Shown: in pieces, positions 20,257 to 29,602 of the stretch
Numbering within the stretch: the first letter of the stretch is position 1
Layout: each line of letters begins with the position of its first letter
Origin: an uncultured Armatimonadetes bacterium
GTDB taxonomy: Bacteria > Armatimonadota > UBA5829 > DTJY01
Reading direction: 5' to 3'
NCBI GenBank assembly: GCA_963717145.1
Contig: OY970325.1
Location: 2,624,001 to 2,688,000 of the forward strand
DNA length: 64,000 nucleotides
Made by a program: the position numbers and the translations under genes
Notes under the pieces: generated by a model
The model's database searches: none
Seen by the model: only the letters and a program-made list of their open reading frames with translations
What the model was told of the DNA's origin: nothing

Positions 20257-21422
20257 ATGCGAATCGCTTACTTCGACTGCTTTGCCGGAATCAGCGGGGA
20301 CATGACCCTCGCGGCACTCCTCGACGCGGGCGTGGATGAGAAGGCTTTCCGCCATGAGATCGCCAAGCTCGGTGACCTCGGCTTCGAGTTGCAGGTGACC
20401 AAGGTCCTGAAGCGTGGCATCGAGGCGACCGACGTCAGCGTTGTGATCGAGGAGAGCCACCATCACCGCAAGCTGAACGATGTGCGGCGGATCATCGACG
20501 AGAGCGCGCTCTCGGACGCCGTCAAGTCGCGCGCGGTCGAAGTCTTCGTCCGGCTGGCTGAAGCCGAGGGGAGATCCACGGCCATTCGCCCGAGGAGGTC
20601 CACTTCCACGAGGTCGGCGCGGTGGATGCGATCGTGGACATCGTCGGCGCGTGCATCGGGATCGAGCTGCTCGGCGTCGAGAAGGTCTACGCCTCGCCGA
20701 TGCCGATGGGTCACGGATTCGTCGAGGCGGCACACGGTCGCATTCCCCTGCCCGCCCCGGCGACCATAGAGATACTCAGGGGCATCCCGGTGTATGACGC
20801 CGGCATCGAGGGCGAGACCATCACTCCAACAGGAGCGGCGATCATCCGCACGCTGACAGACCAGTTCGGCGATATGCCCCCGATGCGCATCCAGTCGATC
20901 GGTTACGGCGCGGGCAAGCGTGACTCTGAGATGCCGAACGTCCTGCGGGTCTTCGTCGGCGACGCTGAGGAGGCCGACCTCCCCGCGCACCAGGTTTCCA
21001 TCGTCGAGACGAATATCGACGACATGAACCCCGAGTTCTACGAGCCGGCGATGGAGCGGCTCTTCGAAGCAGGCGCGCTCGATGTGTACCTGACCCCGAT
21101 CGTCATGAAGAAGGGTCGGCCCGCGACTCTCTTGACCGCCATCTGTCCGATTCAGAGGACCGACGAGGTCGCGCGAGTCATCCTGAGGGAGACCTCGTCG
21201 TTTGGCGTTCGAATCTCCCGGGCGACGCGTAGATGCCTCGACAGGCGCTGGGAGACGGTCACCACGCGATACGGCGACATCCGCGTCAAGATCGGAACGG
21301 CGGACGGAATCGAGACCACCTCCCCCGAGTATGAGGACTGCAGGAAGGCCGCGGATCAGCATGGCGTTCCCGTGCGCGAGGTCTACAGCGAGGCGCTGAG
21401 TCTGTACCGTACTGAGCGATGA
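20257..21422 (+). CDS. larC: Nickel insertase LarC (frameshift ~20570)
   Basis: YFDCFAGISGDM, HFHEVGA, AHG..P.PAPAT, TPTGAA, ETNIDD, MKKGRP, PEYEDC. Confidence 0.92.
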
Positions 21423-22393
21423 ACTCCCCCACCCCGACGACTCTTTCACTCCATGCCATGGCCACCCGGTTCGAGGTGATGCTCCACGGCGATGAGCCCG
21501 CGAGGCTTCGCGCCGCCGGTGAGGAGGCGCTCGCGGAGATCGAACGACTCGACCGCCAACTCAGCTTCTACGACCCCGCGAGCGAGATCAGCCGCATCAA
21601 CACCCGCGCCGCGTTCGAGTCGGTCAGGATCGATCCGCGACTCTTGCGGCTGCTCGAACGATGTGCCGACCTCAGCCGCCTCACCGATGAGGCATTCGAC
21701 ATCACGATCGCGCCACTCATGCAGGTCTGGGGATTCACGGGGGCATCCGGGGCAGTCCCCGATCAGGAGAGCATCAGGAGAGCGCTCGATGTCGTCGGGA
21801 TGGCACACATCCTCCTCGATCCAGGGGACCACACCGTGCGTTTCGACGGGCCCGGCGTGATGGTCGATCTCGGAGCGGTCGGCAAGGGGTATGCCATCGA
21901 GCGCGCGGTGGAGGTGTTGAGGGAATGCGGCGTCACGAGCGCATTGATTCACGGCGGCACGAGCACGGTCTACGCGATCGGATCGCCGCCCGATCAGGAC
22001 GCCTGGCGCGTCGGGATTGCGGATCCGGATGCCCCCTCCCCAACCCTCCCCGCAACGGAGAGGGGGTCAACTCGCAGGCCGCCGGGGGTACTCCCTCTCC
22101 GTTGCGGGGAGGGTTGGGGAGGGGGCATCCGCGAGACGGTTCACCTGCGCGACAGTGCCCTCTCCGTGTCGGCGGTTCATGGCAAGTCGTTCGTCGAAGG
22201 CGGCACGGAATACGGCCACGTGATCGACCCACGGTCCGGGCAAGCGGCGACCGGGACGCTCCTGGCGTCGGTGACCGGTCCATCGCCGACGGACTCCGAC
22301 GCGCTCTCGACCGCCCTCCTGATTCTCGGCAAGCCGGGTCTCGATATACTGCGGGAGAGATTTCCTGACTGCCAGGGGATTGTAGCGTCGTAG
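21419..22393 (+). CDS. apbE: FAD:protein FMN transferase ApbE with in-frame palindrome
   Basis: SEISRIN, FDITIAPL..WGF, DLGAVGKGYA, HVIDPRSG, SDALSTA. Confidence 0.9.
   Translation: MNSPTPTTLSLHAMATRFEVMLHGDEPARLRAAGEEALAEIERLDRQLSFYDPASEISRINTRAAFESVRIDPRLLRLLERCADLSRLTDEAFDITIAPLMQVWGFTGASGAVPDQESIRRALDVVGMAHILLDPGDHTVRFDGPGVMVDLGAVGKGYAIERAVEVLRECGVTSALIHGGTSTVYAIGSPPDQDAWRVGIADPDAPSPTLPATERGSTRRPPGVLPLRCGEGWGGGIRETVHLRDSALSVSAVHGKSFVEGGTEYGHVIDPRSGQAATGTLLASVTGPSPTDSDALSTALLILGKPGLDILRERFPDCQGIVAS
22026..22131. repeat. Palindrome in frame inside apbE
   Basis: cggatgccccctccccaaccctccccgcaacggagaggg and its exact reverse complement. Confidence 0.92.
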
Positions 22394-22495
22394 CGGAGAT
22401 GAAGGTTTGCTCATGTTTCAGGGTCTGATCTGATGTGAACATGCACCCAAAGGTGTATAATGCAGCCACAAGGATATAGCCAAGCGAGGAGTGCC

Positions 22496-23314
22496 ATGAA
22501 AATCCATCCGGTCAAACGCTATTCTGAACCCAGGTATCCGACCAATCGTGTTCTCGATCAGCATCCGGAGTTGCTCAGGCTCATCCCGAAGCGGTGGCAG
22601 GGCAATCCGGTTCTTATTGCAGCCCTCACAGGGCTCTGCGTGCTCACGGCAAGTTGCCGGGCGTTGTCCTCGTCCAAGCCGCCCACGCCGACATCACGCG
22701 TTGCCCCGATATTCCGGCATGGCTACGGCGTCGGCGGCTATGGCTGCGTCGCGACCGCAGCCCCCGTGTTCCTCTCCGAAGAGGAGGCTCGCAAGATCAT
22801 CGTGGACGAGGGCAAGCGGGGCGGATTGACCTTCGAGCCGGGGACTGCGCCGCTCAAAGGCATCAGCGTCCCAGTCATCGAGAAAATGGGCGACCAGGTG
22901 CCCCGCAAGCGAGACGGGAAGCTCGAGAAGGTTCCGGCCAGGTTCAAGACGAAGAAGGCTGACGTCAAACCTGACGGAGTGGACAAGAAGCGCAAGGTGT
23001 CGTTTGAGTTCGTCTCGACGGACGATTTTGAGGCGTGGTCCGTCAAGGACCCCCGCATCACTTCCACTTGGATCTCGACCGACCTCCTTGGCACTGCCGC
23101 GCTGTTCAGGGAATCGCTGGCCAAGTCGAAGCCGCTGGGCGACTACGGCGTATTCTACGATCCGGTTTCCTACGAGGTGTACCAGTTCAACGAAGAGAAA
23201 CCCTCCGCGGATGTGTCGGCTCGGAACGAGGCCGTGAGGAAACAAGCTGAGACGGACCTTCGCGGGCAGGTCAAGGACTTCATCAAGTGGCTCAAGTCCC
23301 AGGGAGTGATCTAG
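22496..23314 (+). CDS. Hypothetical exported/lipoprotein-like protein, paralog A (putative radical SAM substrate)
   Basis: GAGGAG RBS; strong N-terminal, central and C-terminal similarity to the next gene. Confidence 0.8.
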   Translation: MKIHPVKRYSEPRYPTNRVLDQHPELLRLIPKRWQGNPVLIAALTGLCVLTASCRALSSSKPPTPTSRVAPIFRHGYGVGGYGCVATAAPVFLSEEEARKIIVDEGKRGGLTFEPGTAPLKGISVPVIEKMGDQVPRKRDGKLEKVPARFKTKKADVKPDGVDKKRKVSFEFVSTDDFEAWSVKDPRITSTWISTDLLGTAALFRESLAKSKPLGDYGVFYDPVSYEVYQFNEEKPSADVSARNEAVRKQAETDLRGQVKDFIKWLKSQGVI

Positions 23315-23328
23315 AGGCAAGGTGTATC

Positions 23329-24057
23329 ATGGAAGTCCGTCCGGTGAAGCACTACAGGCAGCCGAGGTATCCCACAAATCGAATTCTTGAGCAGCATCCC
23401 GAACTGCTCAGGCTCGTGCCGAAGCGCTGGCAGGGCAATCCGCTCGTCATCACCGCCCTGACCGGCCTGTGCATCCTGATGGCGGGGTGCCGAGCAGGGG
23501 GACAAGCAGCGTCTCACGTTGCCCCTATCTTCGTGCACGGCGCAGGTCGCGGCGGTTTCGGCTGTGTAGCGGTCAATCCGCCAGTGGTCCTCTCAGAAGC
23601 TGAAGCGCACCAGGTAATAGTCGAGGAGGCGAAAAAGTCGGGGATCGATCTGAAGCCCGGCGTCCAGACTGCGCTGAATACTGATCTGGATGGGCCCGAC
23701 CCAAGGCGCTTGATCTCTTACGAGTTTACATCCTCTAAGGACACAGCGGCGCGGCAGCGCAGGAGTTTCTGGAATCGTTCCTCGGCATATACGCTTGATT
23801 GCCAAGCTGAGGCAAACCGGTTTCGCGACCGACTTGCGAAGGCCAGGCCTGCCGGGAGTTATGGTGTGTTCTATGACCCTTTCGTCAAGCCCAGACGGTT
23901 GGTATATACCAGAGGCAGTTCAGGAAGCACAGACTCGAAGGCCTGGGTTGCGGAACGCAAGAGCGCAAGGGACGCCGCTAAGATCGCCGCCAAAGAGGAG
24001 GTCCGGGAGCAGGTCAAGGACTTCATCAAGTGGCTGAAGGCCGAGGGAGTGATCTGA
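23329..24057 (+). CDS. Hypothetical exported/lipoprotein-like protein, paralog B (putative radical SAM substrate)
   Basis: MEVRPVKHYRQPRYPT...; shares QVKDFIKWLK..GVI C-terminus with paralog A. Confidence 0.8.
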   Translation: MEVRPVKHYRQPRYPTNRILEQHPELLRLVPKRWQGNPLVITALTGLCILMAGCRAGGQAASHVAPIFVHGAGRGGFGCVAVNPPVVLSEAEAHQVIVEEAKKSGIDLKPGVQTALNTDLDGPDPRRLISYEFTSSKDTAARQRRSFWNRSSAYTLDCQAEANRFRDRLAKARPAGSYGVFYDPFVKPRRLVYTRGSSGSTDSKAWVAERKSARDAAKIAAKEEVREQVKDFIKWLKAEGVI

Positions 24058-24058
24058 T

Positions 24059-25204
24059 ATGCATCTGACTCTCCACCTTACCGCGCGGTGCAACATGCGA
24101 TGCCGGTACTGCTATGCCGCGCCACATCAGGGCGGAGACATGACGCTCGAGACCACTAAGTCCGCAATCGGGATGGCAGTCGAACACCTCAACCGCGACT
24201 CACCAGGCGGGAGTCTGGGGGTGATCTTCTTCGGCGGGGAACCGCTCCTGATGCGCGACCTGATCGTCGACACAATCCTCCACTGCCGGCAGGTCGAGGC
24301 GGAGACCGGTCAGCTCTTCCACTACAAGGTCACCACGAACGGCCTGCTGCTCGATGAGGAATTCCTCACTCATCCGGACACGTCGGAGGTCTTCGTCGCC
24401 CTCAGCCACGACGGCACAAGGGCGGCGCACGATGCCAACCGCATGGATGCATCAGGTCGAGGCACGTTCGATCCGCTGGAAGAGAAGATAGACCTGCTCC
24501 TTCGACACAAGCCGTATGCGCCGGTGATGAAGGTCGTCACGCCGGATACCGTCGGCCACTATGCTGAGTCGATCGAGTACCTGTTCGACAAGGGTTTCCG
24601 CTACCTGATCTGCTCACTCGACTACGGCGCGCAGTGGGAGGAGGGCCACCTGGCCGAACTGCAGCGCCAGTACGAACTCATCGCCGACTGGTACTACGAG
24701 AAGACGCTTGGGGAGGAGAAGTTCTACTTCAGTCCGTTCGAGGTCAAGATCTCATCGCACGTCCACCCGGGAAGCTGCCTGGCGGAGAGATGCGAGCTTG
24801 GCCGGACGCAGATATCCGTCGCGCCGAACGGGAGACTCTATCCCTGCGTGCAGTTCGTCGGCGACGGAACGGATGACACCTGGTCGATCGGCGACGTAAC
24901 GACCGGCATCGACGAGGAGGCGCGCTGGCGGCTGTACGACATGAACCGCGAGGAGAAGGAGAGCTGCCGGACTTGCGCGATCCGGAGCCGGTGCAATCAC
25001 TACTGCGGATGCCTGAACAAGCAGGCAACGGGGCGCATCGACCTGGTGTCGCCGATGCTCTGCGCTCATGAGCGGACGGTCCTGCCGATCGCCGATCGTC
25101 TGGCGGCGCGGCTCTACAAGCGCAAAGACCCGATGTTCATCCAGAAGCACTACAACGAGATGTTCCCGCTGGTATCGCTGGTTGAGGATTCCACGAAAGC
25201 CTGA
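24059..25204 (+). CDS. Radical SAM/SPASM maturase (anSME/peptide-maturase-like)
   Basis: CNMRCRYC, FFGGEPLL, TTNG; SPASM Cys pattern CELG...GRLYPC...CRTCAIRSRCNHYCGC...LC. Confidence 0.92.
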   Translation: MHLTLHLTARCNMRCRYCYAAPHQGGDMTLETTKSAIGMAVEHLNRDSPGGSLGVIFFGGEPLLMRDLIVDTILHCRQVEAETGQLFHYKVTTNGLLLDEEFLTHPDTSEVFVALSHDGTRAAHDANRMDASGRGTFDPLEEKIDLLLRHKPYAPVMKVVTPDTVGHYAESIEYLFDKGFRYLICSLDYGAQWEEGHLAELQRQYELIADWYYEKTLGEEKFYFSPFEVKISSHVHPGSCLAERCELGRTQISVAPNGRLYPCVQFVGDGTDDTWSIGDVTTGIDEEARWRLYDMNREEKESCRTCAIRSRCNHYCGCLNKQATGRIDLVSPMLCAHERTVLPIADRLAARLYKRKDPMFIQKHYNEMFPLVSLVEDSTKA

Positions 25205-25213
25205 CTGGTCCTA

Positions 25214-25876
25214 CTACTCGCTGCTTACTCGCTCTTGCTTCTTCAGCTCGCCGACCTCCTGCTCGAGGTGGCGCACCCGGTCGAGTATGCACTCCACCGC
25301 CCTCTGCACCGGGTCCGGGAGTTCGTGCTGCTCGAGGTCGATCTCGCCTGCGACCCTCTGGCCGTCGCGATGAGTCACGCGGCCAGGCACTCCGACGACC
25401 ACCGAATTGGGCGGCACCTCGTGGACGACCACCGATCCCGCGCCAATCCTGCTGTTCTCGCCGACCTTGAACGGGCCGAGGACCTTCGCGCCGGCGCCGA
25501 TGACGACGTTGTCGCCGATCGTCGGATGGCGCTTCTCTTTCCGCCAACTCGTTCCGCCGAGGGTGACGCCGTGGTAGAGGGTGACATTCTCGCCGATCTC
25601 AGCGGTCTCACCGATGACAACGCCCATACCGTGGTCGATGAAGAACCCGCGGCCGATAGTCGCGCCGGGATGGATCTCGATGCCGGTGAAGAAGCGTCCG
25701 GTCTGCGACACCATTCGTGCGAGCAGCCGCGCGTTGCACCTCCACAGCCAGTGTGCCATGCGGTGGTAGAAGAGGACGTGGAAACCGGGGTAGCAGATGA
25801 TGACCTCGAGCGTCCCCCGGCATGCCGGGTCCCGCTCCTTGACTGCCTGGATATCGCTTTTCAGTCTGCCAAACAC
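25214..25876 (-). CDS. cysE: Serine O-acetyltransferase
   Basis: [37 protein letters not shown]. Confidence 0.95.
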   Translation of the reverse strand: MFGRLKSDIQAVKERDPACRGTLEVIICYPGFHVLFYHRMAHWLWRCNARLLARMVSQTGRFFTGIEIHPGATIGRGFFIDHGMGVVIGETAEIGENVTLYHGVTLGGTSWRKEKRHPTIGDNVVIGAGAKVLGPFKVGENSRIGAGSVVVHEVPPNSVVVGVPGRVTHRDGQRVAGEIDLEQHELPDPVQRAVECILDRVRHLEQEVGELKKQERVSSE

Positions 25877-26006
25877 CTCTCTCCCCCTCTCCGGTCCTAC
25901 TCCTACTCATACTCATACTCAAACGGGGCCCACCGTCAGTCCTGAGTGCACCGTCATTCACCGGCGCACTCAGGACTGACGGTGGGCTTTCTCCTGGAAT
26001 CGCAGA

Positions 26007-26261
26007 CTACTCGACTGCCGCGCGGGCACTCGGCATGCCGACGTTCTCGACCTTCGTGACTCCCGGCACATTCTGCTTGAGCAGCCGCTCCACGCCCATC
26101 TGCAGCGTCATCTGCGACATCGGGCATCCGGCGCAGGCGCCGACGAGCTTCACCTGCACGACGCCGGTCTCCTCGTCAACACCGATCAGCTCTATGTCTC
26201 CGCCATCAGCCTGCAGTGCGGGACGAACATCCTTCAGTGCTTCTTCGACTTTCTCTTTCAT
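26007..26261 (-). CDS. NifU C-terminal/NfuA-type Fe-S carrier
   Basis: VRPALQADGGDIEL...GACAGCPMSQMTL. Confidence 0.92.
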   Translation of the reverse strand: MKEKVEEALKDVRPALQADGGDIELIGVDEETGVVQVKLVGACAGCPMSQMTLQMGVERLLKQNVPGVTKVENVGMPSARAAVE

Positions 26262-26359
26262 GATTATCCTCCTCGGAATTGCGAGATTGGAGTAATGGAC
26301 TGCTGGAGTACTGGAGTGGTGGGTTCCGGAACCCAATACTCCAACACTCCAATACTCCA

Positions 26360-26776
26360 TTACTCCATGTACTTACCCTTCTCCATCTCGAGACCCTTGC
26401 CGGTGGTCTTCTTCAGGTAATCGTCTATCGCCGACTGGATTGCTTCCTCGGCGAGAACCGAACAGTGCATCTTGACAGGCGGGAGTCCGCCGAGCGCCTC
26501 CGCCACGGCCTTATTGCTGAGCGTCAGCGCCTCCTCGATGGTCTTACCCTTGATCAACTCGGTTGCCATGCTGCTTGTGGCGATCGCCGCTCCGCAGCCG
26601 AAGGTCTTGAACTTGACGTCGGTGATGACGTTATCCTCGACCTTGATGTACATCTTCATGATATCGCCACAGACGGGATTACCGACGCTTCCGATGCCAT
26701 CGGCATCAGGAATCTCGCCAACGTTGCGCGGATTCATGAAGTGCTCCATCACCTTGTCACTGTACTGAGTGTTCAT
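26360..26776 (-). CDS. iscU: Fe-S scaffold IscU/NifU-N
   Basis: YSDKVMEHF.NPRNVG, GNPVCGD, KTFGCG.AIA, LPPVKMHCS. Confidence 0.95.
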   Translation of the reverse strand: MNTQYSDKVMEHFMNPRNVGEIPDADGIGSVGNPVCGDIMKMYIKVEDNVITDVKFKTFGCGAAIATSSMATELIKGKTIEEALTLSNKAVAEALGGLPPVKMHCSVLAEEAIQSAIDDYLKKTTGKGLEMEKGKYME

Positions 26777-26841
26777 TCTTCTCCTCCGGTTCAGACTGCT
26801 GACTGCCGCAGCAAAGGCCGGCACAGAGGCGCGGCCACTAC

Positions 26842-26917
26842 CCATCGTTCGGGCAGGAGTTGTACTCCTGCCCGTCTCACCTGGCGGGCAGGAGTACAAC
26901 TCCTGCCCGAACGATGG
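26842..26917. repeat. REP-like palindrome
   Basis: ccatcgttcgggcaggagttgtactcctgcccg...cgggcaggagtacaactcctgcccgaacgatgg. Confidence 0.85.
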
Positions 26918-26920
26918 CGA

Positions 26921-27499
26921 CTAGATCTCGTTTATCGGCTTGCCGGTCGCAGCCGTGTATACCTCGTTGATCACACACTCCGAGAGATGATCGCTGCCAC
27001 AATGCGAGCAGGATTCCAGCGCGCCGTGCGCATCCTCGACCGCCGCCGCGATGAAGCTCTCGAGATAGCCTATGAATGCCTCCCGATCACCCGGATTCAT
27101 GCGCCGCAAGATCCGGGTGAGGCCCGCGATCCGCTCGAGGCGGATGTTCTCGACCAGTTCCTGGCCCGACTCAGTCAGCCTGATCTCCGACAATCGGCGG
27201 TCTCTCTGGTTCTCGGCGCGCGATACCAGTCCACGTCGCACAAGCCGCTCCGTGATCTGGCTGGCGGCCGAGTACGTCATGCAGAGACCACGGGCGATCT
27301 CGCTCACGGAACAGACTCCGTGCTGGTACAGATACTGCAGGCCCTGCGCCAACCCGGGAGTCGTATCACCGCCGGCTTCCTTGAGCGGACGAACCGTGAT
27401 CGTCCGGTGGAGTGTCTCCGCGAACAGGTCGAGCACGTGCTCGGCATATGCGGCGGATGCCTTTCCATGCGATCTGAGTGTACCCGTCTTTGCTTCCAT
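26921..27499 (-). CDS. MarR-family regulator with C-terminal Cys/His motif
   Basis: SVSEIARGL, LVRRGLVSR..NQRDRR....LT.SG wHTH; CSHCGSDHLSEC tail. Confidence 0.88.
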   Translation of the reverse strand: MEAKTGTLRSHGKASAAYAEHVLDLFAETLHRTITVRPLKEAGGDTTPGLAQGLQYLYQHGVCSVSEIARGLCMTYSAASQITERLVRRGLVSRAENQRDRRLSEIRLTESGQELVENIRLERIAGLTRILRRMNPGDREAFIGYLESFIAAAVEDAHGALESCSHCGSDHLSECVINEVYTAATGKPINEI

Positions 27500-27541
27500 G
27501 TTGTTCTCGGCGGGCCGAAAAACGCTAAACGTTCTTATTGA

Positions 27542-27583
27542 TTAAGCAGCTTAACTTATACCCGGATTCGTCGGATTTGTCAA
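27542..27583 (-). promoter_or_regulatory. Sigma70 promoter (TTGACA-17-TATAAG) with adjacent palindromic operator TTAAGCTGCTTAA
   Basis: -35 at 27578-27583, -10 at 27555-27560, palindrome at 27542-27554 over the predicted start site. Confidence 0.75.
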
Positions 27584-27649
27584 CATTTCTTGCCCACAGA
27601 GTAGTCCGTTGATCCGAAATACCGGGTATCGTTCCACGCTCTGCTCCTG

Positions 27650-27754
27650 AGAAAGAGACTCCCAACTAGGTGGGCGGGCGGGTACAAACTCCGGATGCGG
27701 TGGCCGTTCCCGGAGTTTGTACCCGCCCGCCCACCCAGTTGGGAGTCTCTTTCT
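27650..27754. repeat. Long intergenic palindrome
   Basis: agaaagagactcccaact.ggtgggcgggcgggtacaaactccgg and its reverse complement. Confidence 0.9.
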
Positions 27755-27826
27755 GGCCGAAACAACTGCGAGACCGACACAGTGACTTGCTCAGAATGAC
27801 AGCCGTCCTGCCACCCCAAGATGTGC

Positions 27827-27863
27827 GAAGACCCCGCTGAACAACGTTCGGCGGGGTCTTTTC
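27827..27863. terminator. Intrinsic terminator-like hairpin
   Basis: gaagaccccgctgaac-aac-gttcggcggggtcttttc. Confidence 0.6.
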
Positions 27864-27910
27864 GGAATCCACATATCATCAGGCGAGTCGAGTCACCGCC
27901 CGACTGGTCG

Positions 27911-28513
27911 TCACTGAGGCGGTGGCGGCGGCTGGCCGGGTCCCGGAGGTCCAGGCATCCCGCGTCCACCTGGAGGACCGCCCTGTCCGTACCGCATCGG
28001 GTACAGCGTCCAGAACTTCGCCCTCTGCTCCGCGGTCAGCATCTGCTCGAACCTTAGCCACATCTGAAGCTCGGCCTGCAGGATATCACCTTCCTGCTTG
28101 CTGAGCTTGGCCGCGAGTTCATTAACCTTCGTCGGATTCGTGGGTTCGGCCTTCAACTCAGCAATCAGGTCCGGCATCAGCTTGGCATCGCCGACGATCT
28201 GCTTGATCTTGGCATCCAGTGCGCCGATCATCTCGGTCGCCTGCTTCTGCTGCTGATCGTTGAGCTGCAAGTCCTGCGCCCATCTCTGCACCATCTGAGC
28301 GGGCGGCGGCGCGAATGCCCTCACTGGGCACTGCGGCCCACCCATGCCGAGCCTCTGACCTTGCTGATCCGGTCCACCCGGCATTCCCGGCGGGCCCGGC
28401 TGCTGTCCGCGCTGGCCACGCTGGCCGTTCTGCGCCTGCGCGATCACGGCGGCGGTCAGTGCAATGACGCATACCAGCGCCAATGCAATCAGGATCACTC
28501 TCTTGTTGAACAT
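27911..28513 (-). CDS. Spy/CpxP-like periplasmic helical protein
   Basis: Signal peptide; LQLNDQQ and LTAEQR (LTxxQ) motifs. Confidence 0.7.
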   Translation of the reverse strand: MFNKRVILIALALVCVIALTAAVIAQAQNGQRGQRGQQPGPPGMPGGPDQQGQRLGMGGPQCPVRAFAPPPAQMVQRWAQDLQLNDQQQKQATEMIGALDAKIKQIVGDAKLMPDLIAELKAEPTNPTKVNELAAKLSKQEGDILQAELQMWLRFEQMLTAEQRAKFWTLYPMRYGQGGPPGGRGMPGPPGPGQPPPPPQ

Positions 28514-28606
28514 GCGTATCCCTCCTAGATTCGGTCTCCCGGCACGAAGCCGGAGAGTAAGTGGAGTCGGATGCGATGTGCGTCCGACTCCCGAGCACGT
28601 TGGATT

Positions 28607-29239
28607 CTACTTGGCAGGCTTCATCGGCATCTGACCCTTGGTGCGAGGAGCACGCTCTCCGCCCTGTCGAGGCTCCAGACCCTTGTTGGCCAACCCCATC
28701 ATGAAGGACTGGAGCTGGGCCTGCTGCTGCGGGTTCAGTATGCCACGCAGGCCGAGCCAGAAGCCAAATTCGGCGTCCAGAATGGCCTTGTCCGCGTGAA
28801 GGATCGGCTCCGACAGCCTCTGGAGATCAGCCTCCGTGACTTTCGGATCCTTGAAGGCCGTCATGAAGGCCTTCAAGTCGGCCATTCGCTGCTCTCGAAT
28901 CGGCTTGGTGACGCCGACAAACTGGACGTAGAGCTGCTTGATCTGCGCCTTCTGATCCTCGCTGAGGCCGAGGCGGGCAGCCAGCTTCTGCAGGGCCTCG
29001 GGAGGTGGCGGTGAGAGCAATGCCTGGAGGCTGCCGAATCTGGCTCTCACCTGCTTCTGCAATCTTCCCTCAGGTGCGGCCACTGCGTCCTGGCGCTGCT
29101 TCATCTTCTGCTGGGTCGCCTGCTGCCTGGCCGGATCCTGGTTCTTCGTCCGCTGCGTAGTCTGCGCGTAGGCGGCAATCCCTGTGATGAAAACGCACGC
29201 CACGGCTACTGCGACTACCTTTCTGCACTTCCTGAACAT
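28607..29239 (-). CDS. Spy/CpxP-like periplasmic helical protein
   Basis: Signal peptide; LGLSEDQKAQI and ILNPQQ motifs. Confidence 0.7.
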   Translation of the reverse strand: MFRKCRKVVAVAVACVFITGIAAYAQTTQRTKNQDPARQQATQQKMKQRQDAVAAPEGRLQKQVRARFGSLQALLSPPPPEALQKLAARLGLSEDQKAQIKQLYVQFVGVTKPIREQRMADLKAFMTAFKDPKVTEADLQRLSEPILHADKAILDAEFGFWLGLRGILNPQQQAQLQSFMMGLANKGLEPRQGGERAPRTKGQMPMKPAK

Positions 29240-29368
29240 TCCGGTCACTCTCCTCAAACGTTTTATCGCATCGGTTCGCCCGATGCCGGGGAAGCTGTTT
29301 TCTGACCGTGTAGACGCGCGCTGTCGGGATTTGTTCAGTCAGTTTCGACGTTGGAGATGACCGTTGAC

Positions 29369-29437
29369 GTTGGGGATGGAGTTGGACTCCATCCCCCGCC
29401 TCAGTTACCGGGGATGGAGTCCAACTCCATCCCCAAC
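29369..29437. repeat. REP-like palindrome (family GTTGGGGATGGAGTTGGACTCCATCCC; coding copy at 62642-62737)
   Basis: Arms identical to the copy in the ABC ATPase gene. Confidence 0.9.
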
Positions 29438-29451
29438 ATCGCCACTGATAT

Positions 29452-29546
29452 GTAGGAGGGATTTGCCGGGATGACTGTGCCCGGTAATCCCGAACCGCGT
29501 GCCATCGGGATTACCGGGCACAATCATCCCGGCAAATCCCTCCTAC
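29452..29546. repeat. Long GTAG palindrome (second copy 30622-30716)
   Basis: GTAGGAGG.ATTT.CCGGGATGA.TGTGCCCGGTAATCCCGA...CCTCCTAC on both sides of the UroD-like gene. Confidence 0.9.
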
Positions 29547-29602
29547 ATCGACATAGGCCGATTGCGCGTGGTACAATCGGCCAAGATTCCCCGGAGGATA
29601 GC

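Noticed and set aside
20560-20590. Programmed ribosomal frameshift in larC
   Set aside because: The known larC1/C2 shift lies further downstream. This break precedes FHEVG, has no clear slippery site, and indels are common in this window.
27600-27865. Hammerhead ribozyme or known ncRNA
   Set aside because: The core CUGANGA is not matched, and the structure is explained by a palindrome plus a terminator.
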